This document shows, in pieces, positions 1 to 15,760 of a stretch of DNA of 64,000 nucleotides. Origin of the DNA: the human T2T-CHM13v2.0 reference genome, Homo sapiens. The stretch lies in NCBI RefSeq assembly GCF_009914755.1, contig NC_060937.1; one strand, 5' to 3'. The position numbers were made by a program, and so were the translations under genes. The notes under the pieces were generated by a model. That model was given only the letters and a program-made list of their open reading frames with translations, ran no database searches and was not told the DNA's origin. Positions within the stretch are counted from its first letter, which is position 1. Every line of letters begins with the position of its first letter.

Positions 1-105
1 CGCCCATGTTGTAAACACAATGTGCTCAGGACACGAGATGTGGGTAATGGTCATTCAGGGAGCCATTCATTCAATACTTAAAAGTCAAAATTACCATTAA
101 CTACG

Positions 106-114
106 ACACACACA

Positions 115-147
<33 letters not shown>
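106..147. repeat. (CA)n microsatellite
   Basis: About 20 CA units with one interruption, seen directly. Confidence 0.95.
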
Positions 148-151
<4 letters not shown>

Positions 152-289
152 TTTCCTATAAAGCAGCCTCTTGGTGAAATATAATGGCAAACGTTTGGCA
201 AAGAAGACCTGGAGTCCCTTCTTTTTGGTGCTCCCCTAGCATGAAAGAGGCTGCCTGGAGAATAAAAATAAATACAATAGAAATGGTGG

Positions 290-485
290 CTACTAACATT
301 TACTCGAATGGTGTAAAGTATTTCACAGCTACTATCTCATAAAAGTTTACAAAGTTTGCATTACTGTTGTTTCTCCTTTTTACAGATGTAAGCATTAGGA
401 CTCAGAGCTTAAGTAATTTACCTAGGTAAGATGCTGCTAAGTGGGAGAACCAGGAGAACCTATGCTTTCAGCAAATTACTTTGAA
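290..485. mobile_element. MIR SINE fragment
   Basis: Degenerate MIR core (ttttacagatg...actcagag...ttaagtaatttacc); boundaries approximate. Confidence 0.6.
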
Positions 486-994
486 CCTGAAATAATCTTG
501 CTTTCTCACTCATTTCCTGAATCTACAAATAAATAACTGGAATTATGTCAGCTAGTGCACATTTTGTACAATCAGCCTACAAAAGTAAGTAAGTGCAGTG
601 ATTTTAAGGAAGCCACTAAAAGCAGAGCTGTGACCTGCTCCTGGATGGGTGACAGTCACACCTACTCAGGGCGGAGAATGCAGGTGAGGTGAAGCGGCAC
701 TCATAGGGGTAAAATGAGGACAGTAGGGCTGGAACACACTTGGAAGTTTACTGGGGGAAGCCTCACCTCCATCCTGCAGTGGGAAGTGCTGGGCTCTGTC
801 TGCTGGCCCAGGCCCAGTTCTCAGAAGAGATTCCAACTTGAGGCTGGGAGGTTGGAAGATGTGGTCTTAGATGTAGCAACCTGCTTAGGACAGCAGCCCC
901 TTAGCAGGACACACAGTGATGTTGGTGAAATAATAACCATCCATGCATTGAGCTGTGAGATTTTTAGGAGAGTCAGTCTAGAGGAAGGGCTCTG

Positions 995-1250
995 CTCTTT
1001 GCGAGCTGAATGACCTTGGGAAATTTACTTATTGTCCATGGGACTCCATTTCCTCAACTATAAAGTGGGAATAGTAATAATACCATTAAGCAGCACCAGA
1101 AGCCAAGAGCTTTACACACATTATTGAATCTCTTAGCCACTCATGGGGTGCCTTTTTTTAGCCAGATTCTACAGGTGAGGAAAATGAATGTCTGCAAGGT
1201 TAAAACACTAGCTGAGGTCACAGAGACAGAAATCACACTCAGATCTGATG
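995..1250. mobile_element. MIR fragments (both orientations)
   Basis: tgaccttgggaaatttactt...tttcctcaactataaagtgggaatagtaata, followed by ctacaggtgaggaaaatgaa. Confidence 0.55.
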
Positions 1251-1707
1251 AGTCTACAGCAATGTGCCACCTGACCATCTTTCCTGCTTGCCTTCTTCAG
1301 AGCCAGGCTCTGGACTTGCAGCCACACTTGGGTCTCCTTTCTACTCTCAGCCCCCCTGGTCCTTGCCACCTACCTGCCTGCCTGCCTGCGTGCAGCCACC
1401 CCATAGTCCTCATGGATGGGCTAGGCTGTGACTCTTCCTGGGGTGCTCCCTGCCCCTGCTCTTGTCCAATCCTTGTGGGCTGTTTGGCTTGACAGGACAA
1501 TATCTCTCCTACTACCCATCTTACCCCAGTATGTGGCTATAACCCCAGGCCCCTCCTGACTTGCTCCCCTTGGCTTAACTGACTAGGGGAGAACCCAGTG
1601 GAGCCTGGACACGTGAATACAGAGAACTATGCATTTCTCTGGCATTAGTATGTTTGAATGATTTACCAGTTTGCAAGCCTATGAATAGCAGGGACCATGT
1701 CTTAGAC

Positions 1708-1856
1708 CAGTGCTTCTCAAACTTTAAATAAGCATGCAAGTCTCCTGGAGACCTTGTTAAAACACAGATTCTGATTTATTATGGGGGGAGCCCTGGATTT
1801 TTCATCATGCCAGGTGATTCCAGTGCTGTTAGTCCAAGGATCACACTTTGAGCAAG
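1708..1856. mobile_element. MER5-type hAT-Charlie MITE
   Basis: cagtgcttctcaaact ... ccaggtgattcc ... cacactttgag termini typical of MER5. Confidence 0.7.
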
Positions 1857-3071
1857 AAGGTTATACATTCATCATTTCATACCAAAATGGTGTATTTTCT
1901 CATCTGTCTCCCTAGGAGACTATATGCTTCTTAAAAGCAAGGCTGTTTCCTTTCTCATCTCTGTGTCCCCAGTGCCCAGCACACAGTAGGTACTCAGTAA
2001 TCGTTCCTTCCATGCATAAATGAATGAATCATTCTCTGCCCCATCAGAGTTTTACACACACTAAGTGTCAATAATTCCTTAAGGAATGAATGCATGAATA
2101 TGTGTACCCTTGAATAATGTCTGTGTGAGCCACACACATTAGAGTGAGAAGTCTAAAAATTTTGCTTTATTTCAGTAGAACTAGGGCAGAAGGCGGAGGG
2201 AAGAAGGGAAAAGAGATTAGGGCGAGACTCTGTGTAAGGCGATCAAGCTAACACTGGAAAGTCATGGCAGGGGCAGCCTGCTTCCCCCAAGAGTAAAATG
2301 GCTCTGCAAGCTTTTGCTTAGTGTCACAGCAAAGAATTATGATGGTGGCAAGCAGTTCCTGGGCCTCCTACACAGACTATTGCACTGTGTGTTCTTCTTT
2401 TTCTCTGCTCAACTGTCCATATTTTTTTTAATGAACACACACACACACCCCACCCTTTGATGGAGGCCATGAAGGATTTGAATTCCTATTTGTCATTGAG
2501 CAGAAATTGTTAGAGCCAAGGGAAATTTGGGGCAGCTTTGAAAGTTGGGTGTCTTAGAGGTGGGCCATCTTTCAGTGGCTCCTGATTTGCTAGAAGCAAA
2601 ACACAATGCTCTTTTTTGGTCCTCCTTTTCAGATGTTGCTGTCATTAAGCTGTTCCCTTTAGCCTCCTAAACTGAAAAAATGAGGAAAGAAATTGGAACA
2701 AGGAAGGAGCAACTCTTGCTCATTTATCAGATGCTGATATTTTCCTTATTTCCTGGGAACTCAAATGAACACAGCCCTGGTTGGGAGTCAGAAGTTTACA
2801 GAGCTTCGTCCTATGGGTTTGCCAAGTTGGCCAGGATTAGAGATACTCATGATGTTTATCAAGCATCTACTATGGGTTCAAATTCGTATGTCTACATTGC
2901 ATGTACTGCATTTACTCATCATGAGGGAAAAAATACTGTTATGCCCTTTCCACAGATGAGTGAACAGGTGCAGACAGGTTAAAGAAGTCCCTCAAGGTCA
3001 TAGTGAGTTGTGGCTCTGGAATTGAGTTCACATAGCCAGCAAATCAGGACTTGAATTAGATCTTATTTTGA

Positions 3072-3461
<390 letters not shown>

Positions 3462-3584
3462 TAATCTTTGGATTGAAGCCAAGCTTAGAAACTTTCACCC
3501 CAGAAGCATTTTGGGGCCAGGGTAAAGCAATGAAGAAATGAGATTTTAAAGAAACTGTCTATCTTAAAGTGTTTGCTTTTCATT

Positions 3585-4017
<433 letters not shown>

Positions 4018-5145
4018 CTAGTAAGGATAGTCTTAAACTAAAACCAGTGATTACATGTCAGAAACTTAAATATCTGTGCACCTTAACAACTAAATTCTCC
4101 GATCTTATCGTGTTTTAGTGAATGCTCACATTTATTTATTTCAATGGAATTTCAAGGTGCTTAACAATTGGACCATAACTGGGAGGCTGGGGATGGAGGA
4201 ATTAATGAGGTATTTCTTATCTGTGGCCTGGTTAGAGTTAGGGAGCTTATTAAGTAGGGATCTTGGCACAATCTCTTGTCTGTAAGTTCTGGCATCAGAG
4301 GTCTTCTATAAGCAGTGTTTTTACACATCTGTGCTACAGTGATAACTGGCATGCACTGTGATGAGGTTTACAGCCTGGTTAAGGAGCTGAAATTCAAGTA
4401 CCCCTGAATCATCAAAGGCAGATTAAATTATGTTGCATGTAGTTTTATTATCCAAGGTGTTTTATGAAATTCAGGCTTGAAAATGGATAGCTCATGTGTA
4501 GGTCATACATTACACTCAACATGTGGCTATCCAGCAGGCTTCCTTCTGTGACCATGCCAAATACCTGCTCTTTGAGCCCAGTAGCATTGAAAAAAGCCTT
4601 CCACCAAATTCCAGGGAAAACTGATTGTTCTCTGAACCAGAGATCATTTGTAAGTTGAGATTTTTATCTGTGGGATCACTGACCCATTGGATGTCAATCA
4701 ATTTTGTACGCAGAGGGACATACTGCACTAGCATTTGTGTCATCAGAAAAGGCATCAAAACTGCAGATTTCTGGGTGCATTGTACACAAATGCCATGCGC
4801 TTTCCATTAAGAATGACAATCAGACTCCAGATATTGAAAGAATAGAGGAATCTCCCCGAGGAATGTAGTAAAGGAGCTGAAATGACCATGACTGAACTCC
4901 ATGTAAACAGGATGGTAGGATAATGGGAAACCTGCCTCGAATGGGTCATAGGTGGAGCCTGCTCCCCAACTCCTCCCGCATCACCCATCTATTTTGTTAT
5001 GTTTATGTCAACCAGACTTGCCCTTTCCTTCCTCTTTTGCTACAGGGGTTTTCTTTCTCTTTTCTCCCTCTGTATCCTCACCCCCCACGTAACAACATAC
5101 TTCACCTTCTCTTCACCCCCTTCCCAAGCCACTCTTACCTGCCTG

Positions 5146-5226
5146 CCTAATGATGATTTCAGCAACTATGATAAATATTCAATATGTAGAAGCAATATTT
5201 GCATAGTAATTCTGAAATATCTATGA
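5146..5226 (+). repeat. Local ~80-bp direct repeat, copy 2
   Basis: Near-identical to 3585-3669. Confidence 0.9.
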
Positions 5227-7301
5227 TATTTGTGCTGGGTGTTTGGCCGCTGAATAGATGGATGGCAAGAGGGACGGGCGAGCACAGGGGCGCCCTGCAC
5301 TGCCTCCGTCCACTGTCCCCTTTCTAGACTCTGAGCCCCTCCAGCACAAGAAGGCAATGAGACACATGTAAATGCTCACCTGGTGCCCGGCTCATCAGCA
5401 GGACTCAATGAAGTTACTCAGTGAATGAATGAATGAGCCCAGCAAATGGTGGTTTTCTTTTTCCTGCCTTCTCCTTTGCTTTCTTTCTCTAGTAACTTTT
5501 GGCAGTTGGTCAACTGGGATAAAAAAAAGGGCAGGAAAATTCTCTCCCAGCTGATGTGCAACACCAACACCACTCCCCTCAGTCTCCTGAGGTTCCCCCA
5601 TCTCACCCCCTTTCTCCTGTTCTGCCCAGGTGAGGATGAGGGCAGGGGAGGGGTGAAGGAAGAACCATACCAAAGCCATGTGTGGGTCTGCATTCTCTTA
5701 CCTGGCCATCCATTCCCTTGTAACACCCCAGCGCCCCACCCCAGCGCCCCTCCTCCATTCCCATCGTCCTCTCCTCTACTCCTGCCATCCTCACCCACTC
5801 CGTGAGCATCAACATCCACACCCACCTTTTTCTTCTCTGGAACACTGCAGCCCCATGTTCCCCTCCCTACCCCAGGAACAGCTCCCAAGCAGCCACCACT
5901 ACAGATGTGGTGGGAGGTGGAGACTGCTTTAAAAGCTTGGTGAAATAGAAGACAGGAAGCATTTTAGAGGCTCCATCAGGGGTCAGGTTTTAAATGCTCT
6001 CAAAATCAGGTCTGACAATCCCAGCAGAAAGATAATGACATAGATTTCTAAGAAACCAAGCTGGGAGACAGCCGAGCGGAAGCCGTGTTTTCCTGCCTCA
6101 GGGTAGATATTCTCTCGCATGCTCTTGACACATGCCCCGGTCACTGTCTTGTGTGCTGGCCCCTCCGAGGGATGGTGGGAAGTGGACGCAGGTGAGGGAT
6201 GCCTAGAGTACTGTGGGCACCACTCCCTGCAGCGGCTGTTTTCTCGCCAAGGCTGTGATTTTCATGTCAGGCACTGGAAGGACAATCAGCCAGAAAGAAT
6301 TGCTTGGAGCTGTCTCTGCTGATGACTAGATATAAGAAACAAACATGCTGTGGTGTAGCAAAAGGCAGCCCGCGCGCTCAGCTCAGCCAGCCATTCGCTC
6401 CGTGCAGATGCTCGCAGCTGTGTCAATGGGGAACCAGCTCTGTGTTTCAGAGAGACTGCGGCAGACGCATCCTTCAGCCTGCTGGGGGCCATTCAGCCTA
6501 CCTACATCCACATGGCATCTGAGCTTGGGTTTAGTTAGAAAATTAACTAACTTCTTGAAGGAAGCTAATCTGCACTTGGACCTTTTTATGAACAATGCTG
6601 ACAGGGATGTAGCTAGGCTGCTTGGAAGATGTGAAGGGCAGGGAAGAAAGCTAACATGCTGGATGACAGAGTCAGGATTCAGAAAGATCTTCCTAAATGA
6701 GAATAATGAAAACCAAAAAGGCTAAATTTAACAAGGATGTAGTGAAAAGTCCAACATCAGTTGTTTTCGTTTTTTAATTACACAAGTTCAGCGTAGGAGA
6801 GATGTGAACTAGTAATAGTTCATATGAATATTGGTTGATTCTGTAATCTATGGAGGGGGCTGGTTTATCTTGGGATTAGTGGGGAAGTGGGGAGAAGGAA
6901 AGGAAAATTCAAGACCCACAAGTTAAACAGGATGACTCCACTGGAGAAAATTCAGCTAATTCTACTATTATGTCGAATTCATTATCAATTCAGAGGGACT
7001 TAGAGCTCTTATAGCTTCAAATGAACGCTTTTAGCCCAAACGACAGATGATACTGGTGATCATCTGGTAAAGTCTGAGAGCCAAGTGTTGATGCCAGGAC
7101 ACCCCTAGGGCCATGGCTGCCTGTGGGCTGCACGCTGATCCTTGAGCCAATCAGCCATGACCAGAAAGATTCGTTTATATGGTGACCTCTGTAAGGATGC
7201 ATTTCAAGGAACTTCCCTCCAAGGTCTGTGGCTGTGGCAGATACCTGTCCAGTACATCCCCTTCCTAATTTAGATGAAAGGGTACGTTACATTTGCAATG
7301 A

Positions 7302-7820
<519 letters not shown>

Positions 7821-9189
7821 GTATATAAATAGTTTTGGTTTGGTCCTTGCTGGGACCAAACTGGGCTGAGGTGTGGACTGATGAGCAGGGCAGAAATCAG
7901 CTTGTGACAAGGTAGACAGCAAGGAGCCTGGTGGGTGAGGCCACCTGAAACACAGCACATGCCTGCAGAACAAACCCCTCAATGATCCTAGGGCAGAAGC
8001 CACCTGTCTGGGAGCTTCTTTTCTACTTCTTGCCTAGGTGGGAAGTGATCTGACATTCTGAGCCTTTGGAGGTTGCAGAAATGACTAGAGTGATGAGGAT
8101 GATATATAACATGCTCTACCACGTATCAAACACCTACTATGTCTAAGAAGTGCTCTAATGTAATGGATCACCACAACAACTTTGTAGGGCTTATCAATTC
8201 AGGACGTTATGAACATGAACATCATTACTATCAATAATTATTCTGGGAAGAAGGTATAAACTGACCCGGGCAAACTAGGATGCGTAATTATCCCACTTAG
8301 GAGGTGCTTACACTATTCCCATTTTATAGATGAGGAAACTAAGAAAATAAATAGCCATTGTGGATGCTTTTCTGTTTCATGCCATGATGTTGGAATGTCA
8401 TGTTTAGACACATCTCTTCATTGTTTCTTCCAAGAAATCAGATTAGCTGGTAGCAACTATATTAAACCAAATTTCAGTATGAAAATGTCTCCATTTTGCC
8501 TTCCTCCTCCTGCTCAGAATGATATGTGGGGGAAGTCATGGGCATAACGTTCTGTAATAGAAGTAGAATTTCTTAAACTTGCTTCTAACTAACATTCTTA
8601 AAATGAGTCCAAGGAAATAAGAAATGATCTACGAATTTCAAATAGATTTCCCCAAACATTCACTCTCATTCAAATTTGTGGAGCTCTCTCTGCTCATTTG
8701 ACAATAAAAAGTCATGATGTTCTTTCTGCAGGAGAGGCCAGGAACAGAATGCCCAGTAACAAGAAGTGCTCATTAGAACATCTGAAGCCCACGTGTTCTT
8801 TGGCTTGATTATAACCAGAAAGCCAGATAGTTCTTTAGGAATGTAATTCACAGCTGTATCAAGTACACCTCCTGCACCGATCACTCAGGAGGAATCTAAA
8901 AAAAGAGTAAGAGCCCTCTTCATTTTAACATTTAAATGAAAGTATAGGTAGTGGTACAAGGAGGAATTTGTAGGTAGCCTATAGAATGTATGAAGTTGTC
9001 GAACAACTATCATGGAAGGAGGCACGTGTCTGAGTCATGCTATAATGTGATGAATTGCCACAACAGAAATCCAGAAACCCAGTACTAGTTAATTGTGATA
9101 AAAGCCATAAAATGAAGAGGCTCTATGACACAAAGCTTAAGATGGTCAATTTTAAATTGCAAAATTATGATTAAGGCAATATGTCTAGT

Positions 9190-9365
9190 CTTGCTGTTAT
9201 TCTAAACTGCACTTTTGTGCAAATCAGAAAAAGCCACCATTTCCTCAAGACGATTACTAATGCTTCCCACAAGTTTGTCATAATATAAAAATAATGTCTG
9301 TAAATGTGAATGACAGCCTCTAGAGTTAGGCAGTGTACAACCTGCCCCATCAGCACAACTGTGGA
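9190..9365. mobile_element. Probable MER91-like hAT fragment
   Basis: ttttgtgcaaatcagaaaaagccacc and ggcagtgtacaacctg resemble MER91; recognised by eye only. Confidence 0.4.
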
Positions 9366-10221
9366 GTGTTGTGGCCATGAGTATATAATGACCCCAGAGG
9401 TGTTGGTTTGGTTTACATGAGATTTAATTGAAGGTATCAAGGAGTTTGCTTGCTTTGTTTATCTATTGTCTTAAAGAGGATATAAGGCAGCTTATATCTA
9501 AAGTGCCCAAAAAATAATTTTGGAGAAAGAAAAACATGGGTAAGAAAAACGAGATGAATAAGGTTAGTTTAAAATGCCTTCCTCGAGGACGTAAACACTT
9601 GCTGTTGGTGGACCGAAGGTTTGTCTCTGAGATATCTCAAAGTCAGTGTAAAACACTGAGTTCTAAAAATCACACAGTGGCTGGTCCCTGGCTGTTAAAT
9701 GGAGGAGAACACAGGTATCTATGTGTCTCCTTAGACCAAGGACTGAGTAATTAAGGCCATGGAGCTTGATGCGGGGGACTGGAAAAGTTAAGAGGTTGCT
9801 GGTTAATACCATTTTATATTTCCTAATGAGTAAACAACCTTCTTTTGGCTTAAATCATGCAGAATTGAACATGAGGGGTTACCAAACCAAACTAATCAAT
9901 CAACACCAAAAAAATCTGTCTGCCAGGACAGACACGTGGTATTATTTAAACAATGAGAAGGAGATGTTTTCCCACTTGGGATTGTGTTAGAGGTAGCAGC
10001 AGGGAGAAGAATCAACCTCTGGTTGCCTTGGTCCATAGAACCCTAGACTAGCCATTTGTCAGAATGTCTGGTCCCTGGAGAAGCTGGGGAGAGCTGGGCA
10101 TGGGGTAGGGGTAGGGGTGGAGGTGGAAAGCATGGAGCAGCCCTGTTTCCTGATCTTTGCAGATTTTCTTTTGCAAATAAGAAAGTTTCTGTAAGAGCCA
10201 AGTTGTGATTTGAATACCCAG

Positions 10222-10531
10222 CAAGTCATGGTGGCTTATGCCTATAATCCCAGCACTTTGGGAGGCCGTGGCTGGCAGATTGCGCAAGTTCAGGAGTTCA
10301 AGACCACCCTGGGCAACATAATGAAACCCTGTCTCTGCAAAAAAAAATACAAAAATTAGCCAGGCATGGTGGCGAATGCCTGTGGTCCCAGCAACTTTGA
10401 AGGCTGAGGCAGGAGGATCACTTGAGCCCAGGAGGTTGAGGCTGCAGTGAGCTTTGATTACACCACTGTACTCCAGCCTGGGTGACAGAAACTGTCTTAA
10501 AAAAATAAAAAAAAAAAAGAAGAAGAAAAAA
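10222..10531 (+). mobile_element. Alu (AluJ-like)
   Basis: Dimeric Alu with A tail; source of ORF 10048..10539. Confidence 0.93.
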
Positions 10532-10922
10532 TCCAGCACTGCAGGAACATGAAAACCAGCTATCTCGATCTTCCACTTTCCTTCCCCATAATGGATACAT
10601 GCTGTGGAGGCACAGTTCTCATCTGTGATAATTATAGAGTGGAATTTTTGATTTCTGAGACTCCAGTTACAAACTGCAGCCTTGTGGGAGCTGATTATCT
10701 AGCCTGCCTTTACAGCAGCCCAGAACCTCCTTCAAATCTGCAAAATTCTCAGAAACACTTCTAGAAATCTGGCGAGGCTTTGTAGTAAGGTTGTGAGGGA
10801 GCAGAGAGGAAGGTTATAAATGAATAAAATCTTCAAAGGAGGTGGGAACCACTGCAATAGCAAATTATAAGAAGCATGCTTATGTCACATGGACACACTT
10901 GTTTCTGAATTCTGCTTGCTAA

Positions 10923-11153
<231 letters not shown>

Positions 11154-11413
11154 TAGAAAACAAAGTGCATTCAGACACTTTGTTCTCAAAGGTGGCATTA
11201 TTGCTACCAATAAAATGAGTTTAGTTCTTAGCAACCTATTAGAAATGGGTAAGAATAAATGTAATTTTGGCCAAGCAGTTCAGAATTTTTAGATGGAATA
11301 TGATGCAAATGCAAAGTTTTGTTAGAAAAAATAAAGACAACAGTTTAAAAATATGTGTGAGAGTGAAAGGGAAATAAGAGGTGTGATGTTTTGGATATTT
11401 AGGCGGTTGTTAG

Positions 11414-11803
<390 letters not shown>

Positions 11804-12171
11804 TAAAAGGGTAGAGTAAAATAATGGAAGAGAGTCAATTGATTCAAAAGGCAAGACCTATTAATGAAAGGGAAATAGATCACAAAATTCAGAAAGTAAG
11901 AAGTGGGGCATGTTTATTACCAAAAACAAATGCAGTGACTTTTCCTTTTGAGCTCCTTTAAGTCTTCTGACATGAGGATTACATTATGCAGTATACCCCA
12001 AAATAACTTTAAATATTATTATTAATTTAAATGAGTATTGATGATCATTTAAATATTATTGGCAATCATATTGGAAGACTGCTGCCTTCCAAATGTTCAT
12101 ATTCTGTACAACAGAATGTGAACAAAAATGATCAGTTGGGAGGAGTCACTATATGGTCAAGATATCAGTCT

Positions 12172-12468
<297 letters not shown>

Positions 12469-12782
12469 CAAGATATCAATCTTTATAGTATTTGGAAGGG
12501 TTCTCCAGATTTGGACAGAGCACAAAAGAATAACTCTTGAGAAGGTTTCACTTAACACACTCTTGATGACATATGGCAGGTTCTTGGTATTGACACCCGT
12601 GTGGCTGCAGGTGGCATGAATCATGCATGGCTTGTCTGGATCTGTCTTCTGCAGAGCCCATTCTCTCTGTCTTTTGCTAGTCTGGACTGGAGAGCAACTT
12701 CCCTGAGTCAGGACTCTTGCTGCTAATTGCAGAAAACCAGCAGTCTCTGTGAAGTTGTGGTGTTCTCAGAGTTCAGCTGTAA

Positions 12783-13185
<403 letters not shown>

Positions 13186-13210
13186 TAGCTATTTCTTATC
13201 CTAGAAGTGG

Positions 13211-13420
13211 TCTCTTTCTCTTTTCCTCCCTCCTTCCCTCCTTCCTCCTCTCTCTCTCCATCTCTTTCTCTTTCTCTCTGTGTGTTTTTCTCTCCTGCTC
13301 TTTCTCCATCTCTGTCTTCATTTCAGTCTCCATCTCTTCCATCTCCATTTCTGTCTCTGTCTGTTTCTCTCTCTTTCCCCTCTCTTTCTCTGTCTCTCTG
13401 TCTTTCTGTTCATCTCTTCC
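13211..13420. repeat. CT-rich low-complexity tract
   Basis: About 200 nt of nearly pure pyrimidines on the + strand. Confidence 0.9.
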
Positions 13421-14159
13421 CATGTTGTTTCAGCTTTCTCTGCCTGGGAGTTCCTCACAAAGATGTGTTTGTGCTCTGCTCTGTTGCAATCATGTGGAGG
13501 ATTATACTCTGATCCTTTTGGAGGGGATGATTAACTGGCCCCTTTGCTGCAGTGCCATATGTGCCTGGGCCTTTTTCTGACACCCCTGAGTTCACCTATC
13601 AGCCCCAGCAGCCTGGGCAGGATTTTCCGGTTTCACCATGGCTCACCCTCTGTCCTGTGGGCTGCCCAGAGTGTCCACCCCATCTTTGGGACACTGAGGA
13701 ACATTTGAAGTTAAGCAGTGCTTCCTTGAAAGTTTACTCTAAGCTGGCTCTGGGGCCACTTCAACTTCAGAGGAGTGTGGCAGGGTCCTTCCTGGAAGCT
13801 GTCATCATGCACTGCAGGACAGCACAGCCAAGATGCACCTCCTGCTTGTCACGTGGTCCAAACCTGGCACCCACGACAGGCAGAGCACGGGGCCACTAGG
13901 GTGCTAACCTGGGCCCATTCCCTGCAAAAACTGTTCTCTGTCCTCAGTAACTATTCCCAAAATGTAAGCCTTTTGCCCTCAAGTGTGAAAGAGTATATTA
14001 AGCTCATTGCAAGTTTACTCCAGCCCGCAAAAAAGCAAGAGACAATCTTGTCCCACTAATAAAGAAAAAGCAACACATTTCTGTTTAGCCTTTTGAATTT
14101 TTCTGAGGAAGCCAGGATTCTCTATTAATTATTAAAATAGTTAGGTTGCATGAATTTGA

Positions 14160-14351
<192 letters not shown>

Positions 14352-15760
14352 TTGAACTGAACATTGTAGCAGTTGCTCCCGCACTCCAGGCCTGTGCTAG
14401 ACTATAGGCTGGGGGGAGGGTAGGAGGTGGGAGGCAGATACTTCCACCTGCGTGTCAATCTCCGGCTCCTCCATGGCTTCTATGGAGGACTCCTCTCTTC
14501 TGCTTCTGTGGATGTGATGCCCTGGCAGGCCCAGGGCAGCTGATTCCCCTAAAACTTATGATTACCAGGATGGAAAGGCCTTGGTCCCATGGCACTGGGT
14601 GGGGCTGGGGGATATTCTCTACTTTGAACACTTCTCCAAAGAGGCAGAAGGGCCACAGAGTTCTGCCACCCTGAACATTTTTCTCAGTTCCCTGGGAGTT
14701 TTTGTGGCAGCCTTTGTGGGAGTGGTCTGACTGGCTGTTGACCTAGCATGCTTCATAAATCAGGGTTTGGCCCTCTGCTTGGAGCATCCAACCCCTTGAA
14801 CTCAAACCTGTCGAGCAAGGGGTTAAGAGTTCTGTTCTCTTGCCAACCTGGCTGGGCAAAAGCCTGTGCCATCTTTCACTGGGAGGCAAATATGTTTTTC
14901 ATCCTGCCATATGACACCTATGAGAAACGTTCACAGTGAGGAGTAGCCAGGTTGCTAGGACAGTAACCCTGCCACACACTGCCTGAAATCGGAACTCCCT
15001 TGGCCTCCCTCTTAACTAAGTGACCCATGTAGAAGGAAGCCAGGAGATATGGTACCGAACAATGACAGGGGAAGGGTATTGGACACGGCAGCGTCCTCCT
15101 TATTGAAAACACATTATGTCAGTTGGGAATTTTAAATAAGCTTTTAGCAAACCTAACACTAAAAGCAAAATAGAAGAAAGCTATACCATTACCATAATAC
15201 ATTTTTCATCTCATGGCTACAATGGAATTCTTGAAAAGGAAAAAAAAATCCTATCTACATATAAAAACCTGCATGAATGAATCACTACATATGCTTATAA
15301 TGAGGAAGAGTTATGGGTCCTGAGTGTAATTTTTTATCCTTTCTTAAAAAGTTTCTGTATTATGCATTTTGATAACACTACTGATGATCCTTCCACTTAT
15401 ATTTGAAATGTTATGTACCACATTTGCACAATTAAAACTTTTCTTAGCATTCAACCTAGAATTGATTAAATTTATGACTGAGGCTTCATGTGAGCTTTCC
15501 ATTGTGGTTTGTGGGTGTTGTATTTGCCTTGTAACTTACTGAATTACAATAAGAATTGTGGGTTTTCATAGCCACTTTCTCAAGAAGCGCCTTTTGAAGA
15601 ACAAGGCTATGAAGTATTTGAAGAAAGGAAATAAAATTTGATACTGATCTTTCAGAAAAGAGAAGGGGAATGCTACTTAATAACAGAAGATGTTAAACAT
15701 TTATTATTACACTCAATAAAAAATGAAGAGTATTAACAATAAACTAAGTTTTACACCAGT
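14352..15760 (+). other. MEDAG: MEDAG 3'UTR (3' end depends on the poly(A) site used)
   Basis: Repeat-free sequence after the stop codon, increasingly AU-rich, ending in a cluster of poly(A) hexamers. Confidence 0.75.
15431..15743 (+). terminator. Cluster of polyadenylation signals
   Basis: ATTAAA 15431 and 15465; AATAAA 15630, 15715 and 15738; GT-rich downstream element (ttgtggtttgtgggtgttgt) near 15503-15521. Confidence 0.7.

Noticed and set aside
5395-5932. Overlapping Pro-rich and Gly-rich ORFs
   Set aside because: They reflect C-rich strand bias; there is no convincing splice-phase fit to MEDAG and no domain similarity.
6050-6500. Second CpG island or promoter in MEDAG intron 1
   Set aside because: CpG enrichment is only mild and there is no clear core promoter. 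It could be an enhancer, but sequence alone cannot support that.
10048-10539. 163-aa ORF and similar ORFs at 12802, 16536, 30117 and 62514
   Set aside because: These are translations of antisense Alu (LSPRLEYSG...PASAS), not genes.
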